This document shows, one piece after another, positions 54,309 through 64,000 of a stretch of DNA of 64,000 nucleotides. The notes below the pieces were generated by a model that saw nothing but the letters and a program-made list of their open reading frames with translations, did no database searches and had not been told where the DNA came from. The position numbers and the translations under genes are program-made. Position 1 is the stretch's first letter, and each line of letters opens with the position of its first letter. Origin of the DNA: Raillietiella orientalis (taxonomy: Eukaryota); NCBI GenBank assembly GCA_036172245.1, contig JAYWIR010000014.1, forward strand, positions 1,302,001 through 1,366,000, written 5' to 3'.

Positions 54309-54582
54309 CTTTGATCAACCTCTGCCTGAGGCGGCGGGTGTCCTTACAGGACACCTCCTGCCGGGTGACCTTCTCCCACTGGTACACACCCTCCAGGGGA
54401 GTTTCGTTCACAAAGTCGAAGTTCCACCGGATGCACGCCTCTCGAACGGCGTCGTCGAGGATCCCGAAATCTGCCTCGGTTTCGCCGGGGTCTCCTTCCG
54501 GGGAATCGAACCTGAGGCGCCTGACCGCGCCGCTGCGCGCGACGGCAGGTCGCCTCTCCGCCTGCTCAACCTCCAGGCACAT
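54309..54582 (-). CDS. dap: Cip/Kip CDK inhibitor (dacapo/CDKN1-like), coding exon 1 with CDI domain; spliced product 146 aa
   Basis: MCLEVEQ...AVRRLRFDSP...REACIRWNFDFVNETPLEGVYQWEKV matches the p27/dacapo CDI domain (RxL cyclin motif; WNFDF..xPLEGxYxWxxV). Donor AAAG|gtacgc at 54308, intron 642 nt. The start ATG at 54582 was chosen by domain position; the frame is also open further upstream. Confidence 0.92.
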
Positions 54583-54980
54583 CCAGCCGGGGTGCGTCCG
54601 TCCCTCCGTCCGTCCGTCCGTCCGTGCGCGAGCTCGCTCGCCGCACTCCCTGCACCGACGAAGACGAGCCGACGACTGGCGCCCGCGAGCTTTCCCCGCC
54701 GCACGGGCTTTTTTCCCCCTGCCTCGCGCGCGCGCTGGGGCGAGCGCGCTCGGGCAGCCCCAGGGCGGGCAGAGAAGCGCCGCTGCCGCCGCCGCCGCCG
54801 CCGCGCAAGCGGCGAGCGCTGCTGCCTTGCGCGTGCGCATGCGTGTTCTCAAGGGGAGGGAGGGAGAGGAGGATGGACGGAGTCGGGAGCAGGAAGAGTG
54901 GAGATGCGCTTGGAAAAACGCCTCCACCTCCGCGTCGGACGAGGTCGCTTTCCTCTGTCCCCTCCCCCCTCTGTCCCCTG
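54583..54980 (-). promoter_or_regulatory. CpG-island promoter/5'UTR of the CKI gene with (GACG)n, (GGC)n and an NRF1/Ewg-like site
   Basis: (ccgt)n at ~54596-54625, (gcc)n at ~54779-54803, and tgcgcgtgcgcatgcg at ~54828-54843. Confidence 0.55.
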
Positions 54981-55249
54981 ATCCTGCTCTCCATGGACGT
55001 GTTTTACTTCCGTAGGTGCAACCGTTTACTTCCTCCTTCCGTGTTTTGATTTTTCCTGACTTTCCTGCTTCGCTTCCTTTTCCTTTAGAGGATGCGCGCA
55101 CGTTTATGCTTATTTCGCTGTTTGTCTTCCCTTCCCTTCCAGTAAACTCAATTTTCCCCAGCAACACCGCCTCAACTTTTCCCAATCGATTGCGTGTCGG
55201 CGTGCCCTGACATCTATGAGGCATTCCTGGAACTAAAGAGGCGACCTAC

Positions 55250-56680
55250 GTTATGAGAATCCGCACCGATCCCTTGGGTGAAGACGACGTCACACTAAGC
55301 TGGCGACAGAATGATAGCCGAGGGAGAGAGTGAATCAGCCTCCATTGGATGCCATCTTCACTCGCGTGCGAGTGTACAGCACTCAGGCGTACCTGTGGAC
55401 ATGCACTCCTAAGCAGCTTCCGTGAGCGGCTTGCAGCTTGCACACTCCTGTACACGCAATCTACGACGAGGTGGTACGCACCATGCACGCCTGCGCAATG
55501 AGAACTGAGCGAGGGTACGTGCCACCTGCCCTCGCTGGCGCCTTTGTGGCTCCATGAAATGCTCGCACCCGGGGCACACGATGCTGCCCAGCAGCCGCAG
55601 GGCGCGAAATTAGGATGATGATGCCCTGCTCTTCGAATTGCAAGAAACAAGGAACGTGGAAGCGACCCGGACACTTTGGATCTGACTCGGGAAGCTGCGA
55701 TCTATGCCGGCGTCGCCGGAGACCCGCAGGACGGGATCATTCCGCCGTCCGTCGCTTCTGGAAGGAGGTAACCGGGCCGCTCTGGACTCCGCTTCCCTCC
55801 CCTCTGGCGAAGCACTGGATCCTCCTTACCGCATGACCGGCGATGGGAGTCTGGTTCGCTTGCCTGGAGCTGCCGCCCCCTGCCGGTGGGCTATTTTCAG
55901 CTGTAGCTTGCGAGCGCGCGAGTTTCTGCTCTCGGCGGCGAGGGGTGACACCCTACGTGTTAAGCGCAAACTGCCTCTCCTTATCTCCGCGTTGCTCCGC
56001 AATCTCCCCGTATCTGATAACAGTCCGACACTCCGCGATGTGCGCATCACCGCGCAGAAAGCGAAGGAAGAAACTCAAAGCTTGAGGTGCGTTCGGCAAT
56101 CCTCGGAGATGGAAAAGGATAGCCCCCTCTTTCCAGAGGTTGCGAGTAGTTTCCTCCGGGTCTTCCGCCACCGGAAGCACCTTTCTTGAGAGTCCCCCGT
56201 TTTTCGCCGGGAGCTTCCAGAATGCAGCCTGGTCACCCACTCTCGCTCCCATCCCGCCTGGAACCAGTTTTTCCAGGTGCTGCTCTCCGCGATTTTCCCA
56301 GAGCCCGCCGCAGTGCGGGAGCTCGGCCGAAGAGGAAACTTGCGAATCTCTGCCCACATATCTGGAACTGGGCAAGGCGGTTCTCCAAAGAGACAAGGGA
56401 GAAGCATTGGAGCTGGTTGCGGAGGGAAGCAGGGAAAGAGCGGACAGTCGATAACTGGTAGCTCCTTGTCTTTACGAGAGCGGTGGTTCCGTCGGAAGAT
56501 CAGGACTTCGAAGTGGCAGAGCCAGCAATTGCGTCCCAATTGCCACCCCACCCAACTTGCAAAATTTCTTGGCTCGTTCAGCTCTTCCGAAGTGGAAAAG
56601 CTGGAAAAGTCATCGAGGCAGATCGCAAGGGCAGCGGGCAAGGAGTCCCCTTTCCTTCTCCCCTTCTGTTCTCGCAACTG
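55250..56680 (-). mobile_element. Decayed L1/Tx1-like element (RT to zf-RVT) upstream of the CKI gene
   Basis: LAICLDDFSSFSTSEEL (YADD-like), KNWFQAGWEREWVTRL, and CAGVHGAYHLVVDC (zf-RVT). Confidence 0.55.
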
Positions 56681-58084
56681 AATCCGCCTAGACCACAGTC
56701 TTTTCCTCTCCTTGAGGTTGCCATGACCACGAGCTCAGACTGAGAGCCACTTCACCGCGGCACAAGCAGCTCTCCGAGTAGAACGTTAAGAATGCCCAAA
56801 CGAAGAGTCCCGATGGGGCGTGGCCTCCGAACCTTCCGGGTTGCAAGAGAGCTCGGTAGTTCCGTGTCTTGAACTCCTCAGGAGAAAGAAAATAAGGGGA
56901 GGAAGGAACGGCGCGGGAGACTGCAAGTCACCTTGAGGTAGGAGCACCTGCTCGAATGCGTTGCCGAGTGCGATGGTGAGGAGGTGGAAGCAGAGTAGAT
57001 TCAGAAGAGTAACAACCTCAGCATTCCGTGTCATTTCAGCAACGAAAGACAAGAATCTTCAAAGAGGAACTTCCTTTCGATGTCCAGGATTTTCCTTTCA
57101 CGATTCCTTCTTACCAATCCAAGGGAAAGAAAGGAGATCCTGACATCTTGGGGTAGACACCCCTGGAACATTGTTGTGGCGCTTCAGTTCTCGGCTGCCT
57201 GCTTTGTCTTCCAGAGGGGAGACATCTGTGCTTTCCAATACGCTGGTTCTTTCGATCTTTGAGAGTTTCAACCATCGGACCCAAGCCGTGTGGCTGCGGC
57301 CTCCACGCGTGGTACCAAGCTTTGAGGGTTCGAATCCCCACATGGAAGATCGACTCCGAGAAATGGGAGAGTGTAGGTTTCAATTCCCTTCCTCAGGAGA
57401 ACGCTACTTGGCCTACGAGCTTCAGATGTGACACTGGAACTGGAAGCCAGAAACCGGGATGCCCTCGTTGACTGACTAGGACTTGAAGTTGATCCTGCGG
57501 GATCCTTCCAGGAATCAAGAGGCTACTCGAAAAGAACGATTCCTTCATTCCTTCAGTTCCTTCCAGGAATCAAGGAGTCTGTTGTCTTCGGGGTTCCCCT
57601 CCGGTTGTGAAAATATAGTCGTCCTCCCTCCCTCGGAGGGTCCCTCCATCTCACCATGGATGGAGCCGACAACTGATACTTCCGTCGGGGGGGTTGCCTC
57701 TTCAGAGTGTTGCAGAAGCGCTCCATTCCCACCGGAGAGCGCCCTCTAGAGAAATTTGGAAGCGTCCCTTTTGAGTTCTCTTCAGAGAAGTAAACAAGGA
57801 GAGGATCCTTTCCAGGGAGGAAATTTCAGGAGCAGATCTTTCTGGGTTCCCTTTGAGGTTCATTCCCTTCGAAGACAGCCAAGGCAAGGGTTCCCTGCGA
57901 GGTTCCCCTACCAAGCGCAAGAGGAACGGACTCCACGTTCCTCCAGAGTCTTCTGGGATTTATAGAGTGGTCCCCTCCCGGGGCATCCCTAACTTGAAGA
58001 GTAACACGTACTATCGGGTGGCGTGGGTGGTGTTAAAGAGCTTTCCGAGCTCGCTCTAAAGAAGCGGGTGGTTCTTCAGCACTG

Positions 58085-58400
58085 AGAGAAACAAAAAAAA
58101 GAAAACCCGAAAAACAGGAACAAAGAAAAGCTGGAAGAAAAGGAGGAAAAATGGAAGAACCCAAAATGATTTCTATCAAGCGAGGCCAATCTCTGAAAAC
58201 TAGAAACCGTGACGCCCAGTCCTTCTTGTTGAAATGTAAATCAGCACGATGTGGACGACTCGCTGAAGAAGGAGCAGGACCTGGAGACTTCGGCTGCTCC
58301 CAATGGAACCTGCGAGTTTTGAAAGTCCTTTGTTCTTTTCGAGTAGCGGAAAATATCCTCACTTGAGTCGGGAGGTGCGCGGTCACGGGTCCTCGCATGA
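58085..58400 (-). mobile_element. L1/Tx1-like 3' end remnant with T-rich tail
   Basis: AHLPTQVR... followed by a minus-strand T-rich tract similar to those at ~600 and ~15930. Confidence 0.35.
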
Positions 58401-60549
58401 CCTCAAAAGAGACAGAGCATGTTGTTGGTGCTGAACAGAGTCAGCCACCTGAGGTGGCTCTTCTGCTGAGGACGCAGATGAGAGATGAGACATTCTCTAG
58501 AGCCGCTGAAGATCTGCCAACTCATGCAAGCATCTTCCATTCACACAATGCGTGAACTCGCGCTCCGTCTCCCCGTTTTCCTCTATTTTTAATGGTTGTC
58601 TTGTAGCGCACATCCCGGACTCTTTTGCTGAAAACTTCCTCCGAGGGTTGTCTGCTATCAAAGCTTTTTTTTTTCTGCAAGAGACCCGAGTCTCGGCTTT
58701 TAGAGACAAGTTCGTCCATGCAATAGGGGAAGGATCAATGAGAGGTCGGGAAAGAAAGAGTCAGTGAATATCATTCAAAGTTCCCACTAAACCACAATCA
58801 AGGTTTCCACTGCGAAGTGTTCTAGAGCGTTGAGTGCATTGCATGCATCTTGTGAGAGGCTACAAAAATAAAAAAAAAGGAAGAGGAACCGAAAAGAATC
58901 CAAGCAGCTAAGGTAACCGCTGACTTTTCCAACCTTTCGAGGTGCACTCTGGTGTACTACAGTACTACGAAATATTATGCTGTGAGAACAGGGATTCATT
59001 CTGGCTGAAAATCTCAAGCACAAAATTCACAAAAAAGAGTTAGTCTCTTGGAAAAGGCGGATACGCAAGGAAGTTGCCTACGAGACTGGAGGAAAATGGG
59101 AGTCTCCTCCCTCAGTAGCAGACGTAAGGATCAGGAAAGCGATGTGGAAAGCATGATTCCAGATAAGGACAATATGGGGCAAATTCGGGAATTTTGCATC
59201 CGGAAACGAAAGCCTTTTCGCCCAAAATAGCACAGGAGGAAGGGCCCCTCCTTCCTCAAACGTCTTACAAAAGACTTGAGAACCCCATCCGAAGAAATAT
59301 CCTTGAAGTGATCGACATGCCTCCCTCAGCTCTGTACCGAGTCGATGAAGTCATACAACTCTGACTCTTGCGTTAATCCTCCATATCACCGAAGTTCACG
59401 TCGTGTGTCACTTATTAAGGGAAAAATTCCATTTCTTGGATGTTCTCTTCAAGGCTGAAACAAAATCGGATAACTCACGAAAACCCTCCCGCTTCAATCA
59501 ATGCATAGCGAAAAAATAACGTGGACCTTCCACAACAGCAAATGGCAAAACACACAAAGAAGTGCTGATTGGTAACCAAGGAACTTTGGTTCTCTTTCGG
59601 ACACGAATCAGACATCGCCTTTCTGACTACTGTCTGTCGGAGAATCAGTTTGCATTGTATGATATGATCGAAGGGTTGAACGGAAAGGGTGACTACTGAG
59701 ACCAATGCCCAAAACACGTAATTGGAATAAAATGGGATCAAGGATTATGATGCTAATGTGACTGCTGCACCTTCAGCCAATGCGTGGTTAAGCAATTCAG
59801 TTCTTCATCACTGAATGAATATTTCTGGGGAATAGCAGCCATGCAAGCAGTACAGGCGACTACTCTTGTTCCCTTGCAAGCACTCAACACTACTTTTCTT
59901 GAGAGAAAAAAGCATAGAATTCTAAAGGAATCGTTCCATTTTCCATAAATTGAAAACAAAAGACACCCTTCTCTCCCTTTGTTTTGCTTATCTGGTCTAC
60001 AGGATACCTGATCTCCTTGCTGCTCTCTGTTGTTTATTTTGTTGCACACCTCCTATTTTCCTGTTGCTGACGTACTGCCTGGTCGATGATTCATGGAAGT
60101 ACTTGGTTTCCCTCTTGTCTTCTTTGAGACGTGCTGTGCTTTTTTTCGAAATTTTTTCTTTCCTTCACTTGTGCCGTATCTGCACTTTGCTGCCGATTTC
60201 CTTTTATTTCCGCCCTGTTATGATCTTTCTTTAAGGATCTTCATCTGTGGATGAAATCTGCTTGACATTCTTCAGCATCGTTAGCTTGCTGAAAAAACGA
60301 TGCAAACTCGATGGAAACATAGCAAGACGATCATCGCGCTCATCGCTCAAGATGAGTTTGACAGCTTCTGTTTGCTTTCTGTTTTCGCCATTCGGAGGCT
60401 ACTTTGCCCCTTAGGAAACAAACCAACGCAAAGCAAGCCGTTAGGGAACTGCAAGAAACGAAAGGGAGAACTCGAGTGTCTTCGAGAACACGTTTTTTGT
60501 TTTTGTTTTTTTCTTTTTCCCTGCGCATAAACAGAATTGCTGTCCTGCC

Positions 60550-61300
60550 AGCTTCCTTGTTGGATCAGTAGTAGTGTTCCTTCTTCAGGCAGGTCATCGC
60601 CAACGATTCCGTTCCTTCGAAATGAGCTCGCCCGAGTTCTTCCCAACGTAACTTTCACGTTGTGGAGACGCAATTCTTTGTTTCCCTCAGACCGGCTGCT
60701 TCCGAGAGCGCACCGCGTTCTGCGGCGCAGCTTGCGTGGAAAGTTCCAGAGACCGGGAGAACTTGTGCTGAGAGTGCTCTCAGTGAAAACAGCTGACTTC
60801 CGCCTGAATGAGAAAATCACCGACCTCCGTGGATGAGAAGACACCTCGCTTCCCGCCCACTCTCGAAGCTGATGCAGAAGGATGCAGTGTGAAATTGGCA
60901 TCCTTTCTTCAAGTCCTCCGCTGAGCACCCTCCCAGGGAACCGCTTACCGATACACTCTTTCTGCTTCGGAATGAAGGTGAGCGAAGAGAATACAAACGG
61001 TAACCCTTGGAAAGGAAGGGAGGCAACACGGGGTCATTCCATCCCTCGAAACAGGCCTTCCCCAAGGAGATTTGAGGCACATGTCCTTGAAGAGGCAGGC
61101 ATCTGTGAAAGTTACTCTTTGGTGGCTTCTAAAGAGCGAAGAAAAGTGATTGGGAATTGTTCTTTGGGAGAGCACCCTACATCTCTACCGAGTAGTCAAG
61201 CTCAGCACGAAACGGCGAAGCTATGCAGAAATCCACTTTCTTCCAGGAGAATCTCTGCGAGCGTTGTCTTTGGATTTTTGAAGTACAAGGTGGTGAGAAA
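60550..61300 (-). mobile_element. L1-like endonuclease remnant
   Basis: LKSPWGRP...SEAERVY and SSPGLWNF resemble DxWR...SRxDRIY...GPGLWKLN. Confidence 0.35.
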
Positions 61301-64000
61301 GCTGAACAAGGAGACTTGCCGAAGACGGAGGAAAAAAAAATCCTGTCTCTCTTCTATGTTCTCCTAAAAAAAGGAAGGAGGAAAACAAGGAATAAAAGAA
61401 ATGCGATGATTTGTACCCATGCTTCTGCATAGCTTGGAGAGCTAAGTTGATGATTGAGCGCCCAGGAGCAATAAGCCACGAAAAAAGCATTGTCCGGGAT
61501 GGCTTTCGATAAGGAGGAAAAGAAGAAGATAGCAACAGCAGCTCTCAAAAAGAGAGAGAGAGAGCGACACCTGCTTTGCTACGAGTTCTCTGTGAGATTT
61601 CGCATCTCCAGAAAATACTGATCCTCTGCTCTTAACTCGAATCTTTTAACAAGAGTCTGCCTTCCTGCTCAGGAAGGGGGATGGATGGAAAGCAATACGG
61701 TCTGCACCGGTTCCTGTGATTTTCAAGCTTCCATTTTAAGGTTTCGAGGCCGACTCATGCACAGGAACATAGCCTTGTGGTCATGATAGATGAGCAGGCA
61801 AAAAACGGCAACTCAAAAGATAAGAAAAGCATCTTGCATTATTACGCTCGCTTCTGTCCCTCATTAATCCTCCGAAACGCATCCAGCTGACTACCCATAA
61901 TTACCTCAAAACCAATAAGTAAACCACGAGCCACCCTCACGTGACTCGTCTCACCATTACACTTAAGGGTTGCCACGTCGCTACACCTGTATTCACCCTT
62001 CTTTTTGTCATTTTTCTAAAGGAGATCAGAATTAGGTTACAAGACAGTGAGAGTGCTAATTTTGAAGTTGTGCCGTGTCTTGCTCGGCAGGAACAGTATT
62101 AATCATCTCTTCCATCTCTGCGGCTTGACCGAATCTTGCAGATTCGTGGACAGAGAGTCAGGAGATCGGAAAGCAGGAACTCGTACTTCCCGTATAGTCA
62201 TTCGCTCGTCACCGTTGCGAAAATAGACGTCTGGAGATCATGAGCTGGTTGCGTGTAATAACCCCGGCTGCGCAAGGTGAATCGGTGCCTACGTGGCAGA
62301 GATTCATGAGATGGGCATCCGAAAATCTGCATCCGGGCTGGAGTAGAGAAGTCACTTAACTGCAGACGTCAAACGTCAGAAGTCATCCCATAATTTCCCT
62401 TTGCCGACCTCTTCTTCATCGCGCTCGTGGAATCTCTTCTCCGTGTCATCAAACGCATCTATCGTCCTGGGTTCAGATGCAGGAACCTAAAGGAGAGTCC
62501 TTCTTTTACCCAAGAACGTTGCCGTCGTGATTAGCCAGGGCCGGGAACGCTAGTAGGGAACGACGGCATAGAAGATCTCTTTGCCTCTTCTGAGATCGTG
62601 CTTGCTCTAGTGATCTCTGCGGCACTGGTCTCGAAAATCCATTCATTTGAACAGCTCAGAAAGATTACGTGACTTGTGGCTTCCTTGTTCCATGCTCATT
62701 CCCATTCCAAATGATGGCACTGCATCCTGAACCATCAATTCTCCAAGAAGCCATCGTCTCTTTGATAGCTTTCTTACCCCGGAAACCTGTGCATTTCATT
62801 CTCGTAAATCCGATTTTCTGCAGACAATCTCCTCATGACTTCAAGAGGAGCATGGAGCAGGCCACGCGGTCGCGAAAAGTCTCGAGAGAGATCCCTGAGC
62901 TTTCCTTTTCATGTGACTCAGTGCTGTCTTTCTAGCGAAAGCTCTTAGGGGTTCCTCAAGTGATTCGGAAATCCAGCACGTGCTAACGAGAGATGCAAAG
63001 ACGCAGATAAACATCTGGAAGTGCAACGCTTCTGACACAGAGCTGCCAGAGACTAGTCACCAAGAATCAGGAAACACCATACAGCTATTTAAGGTTTAAT
63101 GGACGCAATTTGAGAATTTTGCTGATCAACATCAATTTGCAAATGGAACTTCTGTTGTTGTCAGTGTCGGAGTTTTTTAAAAGAACCAAACTGGGCGAAA
63201 GGGCAATCCTGTTTTATAAGTTTGCTGGGATGAATCACAGTCCATCCGAAGAGCCGACAGAGGCTTGGGGAGACCGAATGTTCGTTTTCATCTCTTCTAA
63301 GTTCTCTTGAAAGTTTGCTGCGGTCACATCACGGGGGATCGGACTTGACTGGACTCTTCCAACGCTGCGGAAGATCCACGTTGTCTTTCGGGAAGCCATT
63401 GTTCGCGAACAAAAACTGAGTTGGTACTCTGTAAAAGCAAAGCCAGTTGCACATTTTCATTGCTAACTTGAATTAAAAAAGAAAAAAAGATCCTTCTTCA
63501 ATCCTCCCTCAAATTGTTTTCAATCAATTCCTCTAGACTTCTCGTGAAATAACGTGGAATTGCACCTGTAGTCTCAATACCGAAAGGAAAGCGTCATTTT
63601 CAGTTGGCACGATTCTCACGAAGAAATAAGTGAACTGAATAGCTTCTGGAAACGCAGAGCAGGAGTGACGATTCTTCCTTTTACCGATGCTTTTCTTCTT
63701 ACTCTTTCCATTTTCATTCACCCCTGTCAACGTGAAGGGTTTCAAAAAATTAGGAATCATCAAAAAACCTCTCGCGCCGACCTTCAGGCATTTCTCAAGG
63801 TCCAGTGTTCACGAAGTGGAAAGAGAAGACTAGAGCCAGTCTTGAATTCCGTTCGAAAATGAACTCGAGCTACTTGGGAGCTGTTCCTTCAAATGTACCT
63901 TCACCTCTCAGCCCGTTCGACTTGAATATCGGAATCTTTTCCTGAGATTGTTTATCTCCCTCAAAGAAGATTAAAAGCATCACAGCCACTGCCTCCTCGT

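Noticed and set aside
54905..54945. In-frame SSDAEVEAFF upstream of the CDI domain, resembling the plant KRP motif EIEEFF
   Set aside because: It lies about 110 codons upstream of the likely ATG in low-complexity promoter sequence, with no good donor to join it to WNFDF. The RxL motif, PIP-like tail and metazoan NUMT all point to an animal Cip/Kip gene.
54139..55224. 361-aa single-exon ORF as the CKI product
   Set aside because: The N-terminal 214 aa are repeat-derived and GC-driven, and the C-terminus runs past a good donor into intron. The spliced 146-aa model fits the family better.
63975..63995. atcacagcca, resembling the miR-2 5' end
   Set aside because: The match stops after 10 nt and no hairpin arm is present.

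Overview
Eukaryotic nuclear DNA, most likely from an invertebrate animal and probably an arthropod, inferred from a metazoan mitochondrial insertion and a dacapo-like gene. Only one convincing host gene is visible: a two-exon, minus-strand Cip/Kip cyclin-dependent kinase inhibitor (about 53500-54582). It sits in a CpG-rich island and has an ~800-nt 3'UTR ending near AATAAA at 52698-52703. A decayed NUMT (3' end of mitochondrial 16S rRNA directly followed by the 5' end of nad1) lies at about 3780-4260. Most of the rest is heavily decayed retroelements on both strands: L1/Tx1-like LINE pieces, plus some CR1/L2/RTE-like and Gypsy-like pieces. These were recognised by eye from degenerate EN, RT and zinc-knuckle motifs, so their boundaries are approximate. 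The most interesting points are: a degenerate PIP-degron in the CKI that two in-phase 5' splice donors could include or remove; K-box, Brd-box, miR-124 and miR-279 sites in its 3'UTR; an orphan CCAAT-CHR-MYB cell-cycle-type promoter just downstream; a second CpG island with no recognisable gene; and no tRNA-Leu between rrnL and nad1 in the NUMT. I found no supportable novel multi-gene system.
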